47,985 nt of DNA from the NCBI RefSeq assembly GCF_001194135.2, contig NC_069003.1:22562999-22610983 (forward strand), written 5' to 3'. Under the pieces are notes generated by a model that was not told where the DNA came from, did not search any database, and was given only the letters and a program-made list of their open reading frames with translations. The position numbers were made by a program, and so were the translations under genes. Origin of the DNA: Octopus bimaculoides (lineage: Eukaryota). Shown here one piece after another: positions 11,634 through 23,482 of the stretch; the first letter of the stretch is position 1; each line of letters starts with the position of its first letter.

Positions 11634-12609
11634 CTTATGTGTCCAAAGTTTGCACTAGGTACAACGTTTTTACATATTGAACAACATAATGGGAAAACTA
11701 TTTGAAACATATGAATTATCCACTTAACATTATAATTGTTTTTATAATTTTTTTCCAGAAGAATCCGGGGAAATGCAATTTTTCACCAGTTATATAAATC
11801 CACAGCCTTTTGATCTATAACTAGTTTGATAAATGCCTATGCACAAAAATCTAAGCCCTTGAGTTACTCTGTTTATTCTGCTAAATATTAAAAATATACA
11901 GATACTCATTTTGAGTTCTATTTTTCCTGTTTGTATCACCAAATGTGTGTGTATGTGTGTGTGTATATATATAGATATAGGAATTTTAACTCTGCTCATA
12001 CCATCTTTGATTAGTCAGTACCATATTATTCTTTGATTCAAAAACCATCAGTTTGAAAATGCTCGTGCTAAATTTTAAACTTATTTTAATTTTCTAATAG
12101 AAAATGAAATTTTCCAAATACCAACTTAAACTCCATATTTTAATAGGTTAGGGTGCTGAAAAGTAGCCCAATATAGTTAACAGTTGTGTGCTTTCAGTCA
12201 ATACAAGAAGTATATTCTTAGCCTTATTACAAATAGAAAAGTTTGAGTTGGTGCTACCATAAATTGATGAGTTACAGTCAAACGCTTTTATGTAACAACG
12301 CCTTAGTTTTGGTTTTAAGTATCTGATACAAAAATGCTTCACGCACACACATAATACTATTTATTATGTAAGCTAGTTTGAACCTAGTCACATGCTTGTT
12401 AAAATAGTCTTCAGCTGCTACTAGCAGTATCAGTTTAAAAGGGAGTGGGTGAGTGAATCCTGATGAATTTTTCAGTAACAATGAAATTGGTCACTTTAAA
12501 TCTCATCCCAAGTTGCCTGAAAGGTTTTCATGGGCTTAATTTCATTGGAAAACTAAATACATTTAGATATGCTTGTACATATTTACATGTCTCTGGGTAT
12601 ATATATATA

Positions 12610-12850
12610 TCATCATCATCGTTTAACGTCCGCTTTCCATGCTAGCATGGGTTGGACGATTTGACTGAGGACTGGTGCAACCGGATGGCTACACCAGGCT
12701 CCAATCTAATTTGGCAGAGTTTCTACAGCTGGATGCCCTTCCTAACGCCAACCCCTCAGAGAGTGTAGTGGGTGCTTTTACGTGTCACCCGCATGAAAAC
12801 GGCCATGCTCGAAATGGTGTCTTTTATGTGCCACCCGCACAAGAGCCAGT
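12610..12850 (-). mobile_element. Young RTE-tail retroposon, truncated by a gap
   Basis: Reverse complement of the 1-235 family. Confidence 0.85.
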
Positions 12851-13194
12851 NNNNNNNNNNNNNNNNNNNNNNNNNNNNNNNNNNNNNNNNNNNNNNNNNN
12901 NNNNNNNNNNNNNNNNNNNNNNNNNNNNNNNNNNNNNNNNNNNNNNNNNNNNNNNNNNNNNNNNNNNNNNNNNNNNNNNNNNNNNNNNNNNNNNNNNNNN
13001 NNNNNNNNNNNNNNNNNNNNNNNNNNNNNNNNNNNNNNNNNNNNNNNNNNNNNNNNNNNNNNNNNNNNNNNNNNNNNNNNNNNNNNNNNNNNNNNNNNNN
13101 NNNNNNNNNNNNNNNNNNNNNNNNNNNNNNNNNNNNNNNNNNNNNNNNNNNNNNACACACACACACACACACACACACACATGCGCGCGCACGA

Positions 13195-13712
13195 ACTCCA
13201 GTGGGCAAATACCTCCAGGAAGGCCAGAAAAAGCTCCTTAAAGATATTTTCAAGGTAACATCACTCTGACCAGATACGTTTCTGCTCTCCAGGAATATAA
13301 AAACAATTATCACAGTGTCCTGGTAGGACAGACTCAATCTTTCCCATCAGGTTAAGAAAACCAAATATCAAGACTTGGTTGACAAGGTCCTTGTCAAGGA
13401 TGGTTACAGCTTCACTTCCCATTGAAATCAACAGCCATAGCTTTCCAGGTAGACTGGTGCACTATTTCCTACAGAAGTTGGGTCTGGAACCCTGACAACA
13501 AAAAGCCATTAAGGAGATAGGCATGGCAGCTAAAACAGGCTCAAGGTGGTGATGGTTGATTGGAGACTGCAAGTGGACTCCTTCCACAGGTGAAGATTAG
13601 TTCAATCTTCATTGTCCCTCTCAAGCAAACAATGCAGGCTAAGGGGCAAACACTTTTGACCCTAAAATACCTGCTGATGATATGGAAAAGTTTCCAGCAT
13701 TGCAATAAATTT
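13195..13712 (+). mobile_element. 3' fragment of a HERO-like non-LTR retrotransposon (restriction-like endonuclease), pseudogenised
   Basis: Manual translation: TSL*PDTFLLSRNIKTIITVSW*DRLNLSHQVKKTKYQDLV / LPIEINSHSFPGRLVHYFLQKLG...KAIKEIGMAAKTGSRW*W. This fits the RPD...VPWE...K..KY..L...P.E.G.RGF pattern. AATAAA at about 13704. Confidence 0.7.
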
Positions 13713-13794
13713 AGAAGAGCTTGCAAAACCTCTGAGTAGCTCCTGTAGTTTCTGTGTAGGATAAAACACCTCAGATGTTTATTTTACCTAAAAG

Positions 13795-14100
13795 TTTTCT
13801 GCATCAGCCATGTTACATGGGAGCACATAGCTGAGGACAGAGGTAAGTGGCAATCAGTTGTCTGCAAAGGCATGCAGACTTATGAAACCAACAGGGTTGC
13901 AGCCGCCACTGAGCAACATAAACAGACCAGGAAAACCAGCACTGTCAAGTCTTCAAATACCACCACCATTCCCTATTCACACTGTAAGAGAACATGCCAG
14001 GTGCAGGTTGGCTTGATCAATCACCAACACACCCACTTAGCCCAATCTTAATCCCAGGATGACTAGATGATCGTTGTTGCTCTGACATATGAACACCACG
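13795..14100 (+). mobile_element. RTE/BovB-like LINE 3' end
   Basis: Translation WEHIAEDRGKWQSVVCKGMQTYETNR...PYSHCKRTCQVQVGLINHQHTH matches the RTE C-terminus (WE..A.DR..W, C..C...GL..H..TH), followed by a short 3'UTR. Confidence 0.8.
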
Positions 14101-14679
14101 TTTATATATATATATATATATATAATAACTATTTTACAGAATTAATTCCATTTCAATTCTGTATGAATCTGTTCACAATTAGCTTGTTAGTAAATAAGGA
14201 ATATAACACACTCTACTTCCTCAAATGTTGAATACTTTATTGTGTGTCTGTAAGTCTAGTTCTCACCAACACAGAAAATATGTACAGAGTATACTATGTT
14301 TATAGCCTTTTCTCTTCTGAAGTAGTTAACTGCATATGCTCTATTCACAGACCCACCCATCTCTTACAAAACAAACAAATAAAAATCATAAATCTAAAAT
14401 CACTATAATTATACAAAAAATTTATGATAAATAGTAAATTTTTTTTTATGTATGTATGTATGTATGTTAGCTCACTTGAAAAATTTAAGTAGAAAATATG
14501 TGGATAATATGTTAAAAATGAAGCTAGTAAAATCTACATGGTAATGTTACCATCTTTGTGGTTAAGTTTTTTTTTTGCATATATTTCCTAGATAAACCAG
14601 CTGAATCTACTTAATTGCTTCTCTCTAAATCCCGTAACTTCCTCTTTTAGAAATCAGTTTTCATTATTTTGTGTAAAAA

Positions 14680-14830
14680 CACTGAGTTCAAATTTCACTG
14701 CAGTTGACTTCGCCTTTCATCCTCTCAAGGTTGATGAAATAAGCCCTGATCAAGTGCTGGTGTCAATATAATTTACTTATCTTCATACGCAAAATATCAG
14801 GCCTTCTGCCTTTCAGCAGGAAAGATTATT
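14680..14830 (+). mobile_element. Decayed Nin-type SINE fragment
   Basis: CTGAGTTCAAATT...GACTTCGCCTTTCATCCT core similar to 30524-30753. Confidence 0.55.
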
Positions 14831-15164
14831 TTCCGTAAAAATGTCAGCTGCATTGATCAATCAAACATCTGGGATGCTGTCAAAACTAATGTTGAAGTCA
14901 TTTAAATTTTTTTTATCCAAGTCCCTTTTGTGAGGGTGTGTGTGTGTGCTTGAATGAATATGCATACTAAAATATATATATGAATAATTGAGTGTATTAC
15001 ATCAGGTGTATCCAGTCTTTTGACAGCAGGTGCACTCTATTCCTATAAGAGGTAACTGAGTCAGAATGGTGTCTGGTTATAAAAGACTACCTTTCAAAAT
15101 CATGTATAACCAGCACCAGCATAGAACAGTTTGTATAAAAGCAATTTTACACACACACACACAT

Positions 15165-15820
15165 CACCATCATCAGCACCATATGTCTGCTTTCTATGCA
15201 GTCATGGGTTGGACAGTTTGACATGGAACCGGCCAGCTGGGAGCTGTCCAGACTCCAATTGTCTGTTGTGGCATGGTTTCTACAGCTGTATATGCCCTTT
15301 TTAATACCAAGTGTGTTGGGTGCTTTTTACATGCCAATACCTATAGGTTTGGTGATGCTAACAAAAAACTCAAAACATGAATGTATATATTTTTTATTAA
15401 TAATGCCAGTGGAACTGAACCCGAGACCATGTGGTTGTGAAGCAAGCTTCTTACCACACAACCACTCCTGCACCTAAGTATGTGCATATATATTTTATTG
15501 AAAAGTGTAAACATAATGGCCCATGCCTTCACAGTGTAAAAAAACACTTGTGCTAGCATCATGTAAAACAGACTCATGCTGGTACCACATAAAAAGCACT
15601 TGTGCCAGCGCTATGTCAAAGCACCTGTGCTGGTGTCACATAAAAGGCACCCAACACACTCTATAAGATAGTTGGCATTAGGAAGGGCATCCAGCTATAG
15701 AAATCATCCAGCCATAGAAAACAGACAAATTGACCCTGGGCAGCTGTCTGGTTGGCCAGCTCCTGTCAAACCATTTAACCCATGTCAGCATGGAAAGCAG
15801 GTGTTAAATGATGATGATGT
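15165..15820. mobile_element. Cluster of older retroposon pieces: RTE-tail (-) 15165-15310, SINE head (-) 15385-15475, RTE-tail (+) 15555-15820
   Basis: Similarity to 10660-10970 and to the SINE heads elsewhere in the window. Confidence 0.7.
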
Positions 15821-16665
15821 GTGAACATCTACAAAATCAATAACATAGAATATTTGAAAAAAACCCCAAACAAAACACTACTTTGTGGCATCTATTTTGC
15901 CTGTGTTGTACAGACATTCTCTTGGCACATGTGCCATCATGAATGCAGTGCACTAGAGATTGGTTCACTGGAACTGGTAACCAATGACGCTGCTGATCGC
16001 AAAATGCAATGTAAAATGTAAATAGGACTAAATTAGATCTTGCATTTACTGTTTTTATTAGTTTCTCCTTGAGTTGTTTTCTGGTTTTCATTTACATTCT
16101 CTTTGTAAGAACTACATGTGCATGTATGCCTTTGAAACCATATTGTTGGTTTTTTTCTTTTATTTATTTATGTATTTTTCCATTTTATGGAGATTTCTGA
16201 GCCAGTTGCTATTGTCCTTCATTTAATCATGCAACAAGACAATAAAAAAAAACTCCCAGAAAGCTGACAGAAGTCTTTTAACTGAAACTTTATTATTGAC
16301 AATACCTTTAGAAAACCAGAGAAGCATAATCAATAAATATGCCATATGGTTTTCTTTTTTGAGTCAAACAACTGATGCTTATGAATAGATATTCTCTGGA
16401 TTGAACGCTTGGTATTAAATGTATGGTGTGCATCACTAGTGTTTTGAACTCATTCACCTCATAAGGATGAATATGTCTGGAAAACATACTATGTCTCACT
16501 TTGGTAGCTTTGACCTTCAAGAAATGGCAACCAAATCTCTCAACATTTCCCTATAGCTTCTTAAAATAAAGAAAGAGATGTTCTGTGTATTTATATACTA
16601 AGTGTAATAGTTAGAATAAAAATAGGATGGAGAAAATTCAGAGAGCTTTTACCTCTGGTAACCAA

Positions 16666-16668
<3 letters not shown>

Positions 16669-16704
<36 letters not shown>
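16669..16704. repeat. (CT)n microsatellite
   Basis: Read directly from the sequence. Confidence 0.95.
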
Positions 16705-16706
<2 letters not shown>

Positions 16707-16744
16707 AGTGAAAGGAAGATTGTATGATGCATGTATATTAACAG

Positions 16745-17048
16745 CAATCCCTGAAATGCAGAGAATATGTGAAGGCTAGAGAGTAATGAAGCTAGTATGC
16801 TTTGTTGGATGTGTGATGTAAGTGTACATGTGCGGCAGAGTGCCAGTGTGTTGGCAGAAAAGTTAGGCATAGGAGAAATTAGATGCAGTGTGCAAGAGAG
16901 AAGACTGTGCTGGTTTGGTCATGTGATGTGGATGGATGAGGACAGCTCCATAAAGAAGTGCTAATCACTCAAAGTTGATGGAACTTTGGAAGAGGGAGAC
17001 CCAGGAAGACATGGAACAAAGTACTGAAGGGCGATCTCAAGACACTGT
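16745..17048 (+). mobile_element. RTE-clade LINE C-terminal coding fragment
   Basis: Translates to RLESNEASMLCWMCDVSVHVRQS...RCSVQERRLCWFGHVMWMDED...GRGRPRKTW...DLKTL. Confidence 0.9.
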
Positions 17049-17117
17049 AAAAAAAAAAAAGTTATGTCTGTAAAAGAAAATAGATGACATGGCCATGGCT
17101 GGAATATCTTTGATCAT

Positions 17118-17218
17118 AAGGGTACTTGAGAATATTTGCTTCCCTTTCTTTTTCAAAAATCTGCATTGTAACCTAATCAGAAGGAATCAGTTTAATGCAT
17201 TATCTTGTACATTAAATC
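17118..17218 (+). repeat. 101-bp direct duplicate of 18335-18435
   Basis: AAGGGTACTTGAGAATATTTGCTTCCCT...ATTAAATC occurs at both positions with few mismatches. Confidence 0.95.
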
Positions 17219-18041
17219 ATATCTTAAATCATATCTTTGATCATAAGTTTGAGCTTAACAAACTCCACATTTTTCTTTTAAATACAGTTCGATTGTGAAC
17301 TTAATACAAATATAATAATGTGCCTGGATATATATATATACCAGGATGATTGAAAGTCCACTGGTGGGTCTTATGAAGTGTAATATATAATCCAAAGAAG
17401 ATGAGTTTAGCACATCTTTAGTGCTAGTTACATTTGTTTCAATAACACTCTTTTTAACACCATTGCATGTAAATGATTTCATGTGGAAAGTTACTTAATA
17501 TTTGCAGTTGATTTCATTAGAGTGGCATTTCATCAGACTTGCATCAAAAAGTGTACTCCTTATGCTGTGTGACAGTCAAGTGTTGTATGTTGTTCATATA
17601 AGAGGGAACAATAAATAAATTAAAAATTAAAAAATTAAAAATGGTGAAATAGCTCACTAGACCAAGACTAGGAAAATACTAAACATGGGAAAGAGGATAA
17701 GAAGAAGAATGAAGCAAATGAGAACTGGAAGAAAAGATGATGAAGAAGATAAAAAAAAAAAATGGAGTTATAAATGAACGGTATGGTAGTCTGTAATGAT
17801 AAATTGATAATGATAGAAACACCAGCAACAAAACAAACAATAATCAAGTAAGAATAAGAGCAAAGAATAAAAATAACAAAGAAAAGTGTATCTCCAAAAA
17901 AGAGCGATGAAATGATGGTGGTGCCCCATGATAGCCACAATCTAATGATTGAAACAAGTAAAAGATAAAAGATGACTCTTGTACATCAACACTCATTGTG
18001 AATAAGGAATAAAAGAAATCAGATTTTTCAGATCATAGAGG

Positions 18042-18090
<49 letters not shown>

Positions 18091-18649
18091 GTAGAGACAG
18101 TTTGGTTTCTAATTATAGTCAAAAAGACAGTGAAATTGGTAGAAGGCAACGGGCTTCAATTACCAACACAGTTTATATAATAGTACAAGGAAACATGGCT
18201 CTTAGTAATGGTTGAAGAGCAATGAAATTAGTAGAAATAGTTGAGTGTTAGTTAGATGCATTCTGGTTTTCAATTTTCCATCTCCTGACTGTTGATCTTA
18301 GCCTACATTTTCCAATGTCTTTGAAATTTTTTAAAAGGGTACTTGAGAATATTTGCTTCCCTCTCTTTTACAAAAATCTGCATTGTAACCTAATCAGAAG
18401 GAATCAGTTTAATGCATTATCTTGTATATTAAATCTTGTACCTTGAGAGTATGCCCTGGCATATTGCCAAGATCTCTTTCTTTTGCACTCTCACACTCTC
18501 GCTCCCTTCCACTCTCAGTCTCTCTCCTTCTCTCTCTCTGACTAGGGTAGCCATGTATCTCCTTTACAGCAAGACAGCTGTTTCTGTCCCTCTGTCATAC
18601 TCATCACCTGGCACAAGTCCACCTTTACCAATACCCCCCACCACCTCAA

Positions 18650-18840
18650 AGGATTTTTGTCTTATGAGTTATTTGGTGACCTTGCCATTGCTGGTGCCAC
18701 ATAAAAAGCACTCTGTAAGGTGGTTAGAAGGGCATCCAACTGTAAAGACCATGCCAAAACAGACTGTGAAGCCCAGTGCAGTCTTCTGGATTGCCAGCAT
18801 GGAAAACTGATGTTAAATAATAATAATAATGATGATGATG
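18650..18840 (+). mobile_element. Older RTE-tail retroposon fragment
   Basis: GCTGGTGCCACATAAAAAGCAC...GAAGGGCATCC...CAGCATGGAAA followed by an AAT/GAT tail. Confidence 0.7.
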
Positions 18841-19111
18841 ATTAATGTTTTTTCTTTCTCTTTCATAAAGTTAAATATCATATTTATATTGGATTTAGCT
18901 GTCATGTGTAAAAGTTTTGAAATATGAGAATAGTTTTTAAATGTACTAAAGAAGTAGAACATGAAGGAAATTATTATTTTGCTGTTGCATAGTATTGATG
19001 TTTTAACCAGTTTTAGTTATATTTCCTATTAGACCACAACCCATGGGCTTTAATGAAGAGCATGTTTTCCTTCTTTCTGGTATAGTCCTGTTATGATGGC
19101 CATATCTGTCC

Positions 19112-19410
19112 CTACCTTGTATCAAGAACTTTCTGAATAATACTTATTAAATCAGATAAACAGGTTTTCTGAACCCAATCTACTCCCAGCATTTCAAGGC
19201 TTGTTCTCAAATTTTTCATCACAATGCCCTAGACCCCTATGATAATTGGCAAGATCTTGACCTTAACTTCTTTGTTTCTAGCATTTGAGAATTTGATCCT
19301 TCAAGTTAGTATAATACATTACTGCTTCTTTTTCCTTTTCCTCGACTCTGGTATCAAATGATTTTGTTATTTTATCATTGTTCCAAACTATTAGCCTGAC
19401 TTCCCCAAAG
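19112..19410 (-). mobile_element. R4/Dong-like non-LTR retrotransposon C-terminal endonuclease fragment
   Basis: Minus translation FDTRVEEKEKEAVMYYTNLKDQILKC* / VKILPIIIGV*GIVMKNLRTSLEMLG...VQKTCL...IIQKVL matches the ..KY.DL..EI...W / P.VIG.LG / LQK..L...LRKVL pattern. Confidence 0.65.
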
Positions 19411-19724
19411 ATGGATAATTTAAAAGAATTCTAACTCTTCCCTGTAGTTCTAACTTTTGTTATCTGTACTAGCTTATTGTATTTCCTGACAACCTATCTT
19501 CTTTCACTGTTAACTGGAAAATGTCAATCTCTCTCTCTCTCTTGCTTTAATTTAAACCAAATTTCTCAAAGAACACAAGTAAATAGCTCTTTACAAGTTA
19601 ATCAACAAGGAAGTCTCTATTTTACTATTTGACTTAGTAGAAAGAAAAGCCAGATCTCCCTCAAATGCCATGTGACTACCTCCCCACCCCACATCAATAA
19701 AATGGTTATGGTAGTTCTAGAGAT

Positions 19725-19873
19725 GCTAGGTGCAAGTGTGGCTGTGTGGCAAGAAGTTTCCAAACCACGTGATTCTGAGTTCAGTCCCATCTTGGGCAAG
19801 TGTCTTCTGCTATAGTCGTGGACTGATTAAAAGCCTTGTGAGTGGATTTGGTAAATGGAAACTGAAAGAAGCC

Positions 19874-19923
<50 letters not shown>

Positions 19924-20355
19924 TACAGAAAACAAAAGACGAAGACAGGAGAAGGAACAACAAGCAGGTGTATTAGTTTGACACTTGGGAAGAATGGAAG
20001 TCTTTGATGTTTTGAGCCTATGCTCTTCAACAGAAAGGATTGAGAGAAGAAGAAAGGAGAAAGAATGAAAAAAAAAAAAAAACGAGCAAGAGAAAATGTA
20101 TAGGGATTAACAGTTCAACATGATGTAATGTCCAGAAGAAAAAGATGTATGTGTGTGTGTGTGCATATGTTTGTGTCTGCATTTATCCTCCAACACTGCT
20201 TGACATCTGGTGTTGTGTTTACATCCCCATAACTTAGCAGTTTAGCAAAAGGGACCAATAGAATAAGTACCAGGCTTAAAAGAAAAATTAAGTACTGGAG
20301 TTGATTCACTTGACTAAAATCTTCAAGGCAGTGCCCCAGCATGGCTGAAACAAGT
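19725..20355 (+). mobile_element. OR-type SINE interrupted in its (TA)n middle by a Penelope-like terminal fragment (about 19920-20110)
   Basis: 5' half at 19725-19880 and 3' half at about 20140-20355 match the 34051-34400 family. The insert carries a hammerhead-like remnant on the minus strand. Confidence 0.7.
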
Positions 20356-21609
20356 TATGCTATTCTTGGAATGCTTTTGATTGTAAGTTTGCTTGATTGT
20401 GGATGACCTGGGGTTTAACAATAAGGGCATCAGTTACCCAACAAATCATTGTCATCAGTTTGATTTTGTTACCAAACTTTTCACATATATTATCACTGAC
20501 ATTGAGTCAACATCAGAGCCCTCTTGGCAGCTATATCTCCCTCAAATCATGCCCTAATACTGTGGAGAAAAAAGACAAACAAACATATTAGAGCATGTGG
20601 TCCTATGTACATTGTCTAAAAAAAACAGGATGGTCATGGGTGGAGCACCTTTTGATCATAGGTCTAGTTGATCATTGCTGGCCTGAATTATATTACTATC
20701 ATAAATTTTACAATCAACAAAAAACAATTTTATATACCAGAGTACATGTGTACATGGTTTGGTATTGATATTTGTTCATGTGATACACATACTTGAGTTG
20801 TATCCCAGTATTGTATTTCTTTGAAAGAGAATTGGCCATTTATTAGAAAATATAGTATTCTGGTGAGTCTCATAAAACAGAATCTTTGTATATTGACGTT
20901 TTAATTAGAAATTATTCTCCAGTTTTATTTGCTTAGATTTTGCTTTGACTGATACAACAATAATGAAAATTGTACTACACTCTGTTAGCCTGTTCTCTCT
21001 AAAAGTTTGAATCTTGTGATCTCTCTCTGATCCTCCCCCAAATAAGCCAATGATAAGAATCTCGATGATGGTCTCTGGACTTGCTAGAAATAACTGCCAA
21101 ATCTACTTCAAATTATACTCTACCATCTTTAAAAAAAATGGACATATTTGGTAATGTAGCCTTGTGTATGTTCTGCCATAAAATAAATGGAAAGACCACA
21201 CAGTTTGAATGTCTTTGATTATTGGATTGCTGGGTTAAGGCTGACTTGAGGTTAAACATGAACAAGGAAGAACATATTTGATAATACAGTTTTTAACTGC
21301 ATTATAAGTAAGTAAAAGAAAGAAAATGTGATGATCTTCGATCATAGTTCTACTTCATAGATAGCAGCAACTTTCACAAATTGTCTCATCCTCTTTGTTG
21401 GAAATTTTATATGAAAACGTTCCAAAGAATGAAAAAGTTTTTGAAAATGCTTATCTTTGTTTCCTTACAGTTTGTCTGGATATTATTTCTCTGTTCATAA
21501 TGCAATCTCCTCTCTTATCAGTCCCTAAAATGAGTTATTCATTTCATGGCCCATCAGGGTTTACTAGGACCTATACTTTTAATTTCTGTGTCATTCCTAA
21601 CTAATGGCA

Positions 21610-21910
21610 CTGCATCAGTTATGATGATGATGATGTTTCCAGTTGATCTGATCAACAGAACAGCCTGCTTGTGAAATTAACATGCAAGTGGCTGATCACT
21701 CCACAGATATATGTACCCATGATGTAGTTCTCAGGGAGATTCAGCATGATACAGGCTGGCCTTTTGAAATACTACTTATTTTTGCCAGCTGAGTGGACTG
21801 GAGTAACATGAAATAAAGTGTGTTGCTCAAGGACACAACTCGTTGCCAGGAATTGAACTCACAATCTTACAGGCATGAGCCGAATACCCTAACCACCTAG
21901 CCACGTGCCT
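21610..21910 (-). mobile_element. tRNA-derived SINE (family related to 5325-5670)
   Basis: Reversed tRNA head (AGGCACGTGGCTAGGTGGTTAGGGTATTCGGCTC...GAGTTCAATTCC), then the CCTTGAGCAACACACTT core and a short-repeat tail. Confidence 0.75.
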
Positions 21911-22034
21911 GATTGGGACTGTAGTTTTGTCTTATTTCATAATTCTGCTGCAGATCAGTAGTAAGTAAACTGATGTGTAGAATAGACACAATGAATCACT
22001 TGCCAACATGAGCCGAAAGTTGGATTCTCTATGT

Positions 22035-22279
22035 CAGTAGTTCTCAACCATTTTTTGCATGTAGACCCCTTTGATTCCTATTTTAGTCAGGTGAGCCCTC
22101 ATAGCCTTTCAATGTCTAAAAATTCCTATTTTCATGATTAAATTTTAGGAATTGTATACAAAAATCTTAAAATATTTTGTGTATTGTAGATGTATAAATA
22201 GTTTATTGCACATAAATTTTAACAGCAAAATCTTATATGGATCCCCAAAGGCCATATGGACCTCTGTTGAGAACCACTG
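22035..22279. mobile_element. hAT (Charlie-like) MITE, 245 bp
   Basis: TIRs CAGTAGTTCTCAAC and GTTGAGAACCACTG. Degenerate 8-bp TSD CTCTATGT / CTTTATGC. Confidence 0.85.
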
Positions 22280-22419
22280 CTTTATGCAGTCATTCACCTT
22301 GCTAAATATAGCAACCAAATTCCTCTTAATCCATATCTCATCTTCTCAAAAAAGGGGCACATTGGCTGATAAAATCTTACATTGTGTTTGAGAAAAAGAT
22401 TTCATGATCAATGCCTTAA

Positions 22420-22638
22420 CTCTTTAGTATTCAGATTAATCTGTTGGATGTAAAGCTTATTTATTCATATTGCTTTGAATTAATCATGCATTATCTCATA
22501 GCTTCAAGATTTTGATGATTGATTGATTGTTTTCAGAATGACATTGTAGGATGGATGTGAGAGGCCAGACCTGGCTACTTTAAACATAAAGCGGGATGAA
22601 TATTTTGACTGTATGTGGCCAGTTTGAATGCTAAAGGG
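22420..22638 (+). mobile_element. piggyBac-type MITE
   Basis: TTAA flanks at 22416-22419 and 22639-22642. Internal similarity to 6801-7009. Confidence 0.85.
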
Positions 22639-22987
22639 TTAAATCGTGGGTCATATTGTTTTGAATTGATTAAATGAAACAAAAACACTTGCAAGGAAGT
22701 CTCTATATGATCACATGATCTACTGGAAAAAGCAGTCTATAATCTTCATACTCTATAATCTTCAAGTAGGAAGAACATATGATATAAAAAAAATGTGGAT
22801 GGTCAAAGCTGGAAAGCCTTTCTTTTTATATTTACCCTTGTTTAACCCAACTAAACACTATCCTATAAAATAATGGTTAGGAAGACATTGTCTAACGATG
22901 CACTGAGACTTAGTTATTGGGTATGGAATTGTTGGTGTTAAATATTGACCTTCATCCAAAGGAAATTGCACTGAACCGAAATTTTTG

Positions 22988-23192
22988 TAATATTTATCCC
23001 CGCTTAAAAGTGGATGTTCTGTTAGAACAAGCTATATCCTGAAAGAAACTCTCATATTGGCTCTTGGTGCAAAATGCACGCTTGTTTTGCACCGCTTTGC
23101 ACTAAAAGCCAACACAGAGTTTCTCTCATGGTGTCTACTGCAGTATAGTTTGTTCTAACAGAACATCCACTTTTAAGTGGGGATAAATATTA
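22988..23192. repeat. 205-bp foldback palindrome (MITE-like)
   Basis: 49-bp terminal arms with 2 mismatches plus inner paired blocks (AGAAACTCT/AGAGTTTCT, TTGGCT/AGCCAA, TTGGTGCAAA/TTTGCACTAA). Confidence 0.9.
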
Positions 23193-23419
23193 CCTCTCAG
23201 CATTAATACTGCCTCTATCACTAATATATATATATATGGAATTTTCTGTACAACTGAAAATAATCTTTTTTGCTTTGGGATGTTCCAGTGCACATGTCAA
23301 CCCATTTCTTCTTTGTATATTTCTGTACTTTATGCACTGTTCTCTTCTTAAAGGACTTTTAGCTTCGGTTTCTGAATAAAATCAATTTTTTCCCCCTCCT
23401 CCTCCTCCCTCTTTCCATC

Positions 23420-23482
23420 TCACTCTCTCTCTCCATCTCTCTCTCCATCTCTCTCTCCATCTCTCTCTCCATCTCTCTCTCC
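23420..23482. repeat. 12-bp (CTCTCTCTCCAT)n repeat running into a gap
   Basis: Read directly from the sequence. Confidence 0.9.

Noticed and set aside
13809-13849. Exon ending at GAG|GTAAGT
   Set aside because: It lies within RTE/BovB coding remnant (WEHIAEDRGKW); the donor match is incidental.
19033-19079. Candidate + exon RPQPMGFNEEHVFLLSG
   Set aside because: Weak donor, and it adjoins the minus-strand R4/Dong-like remnant; no independent support.
20809-20862. 54-nt phase 0-0 open segment with a TG|GTGAGT donor
   Set aside because: Poor pyrimidine tract and phase-incompatible with the phase-1 exons.
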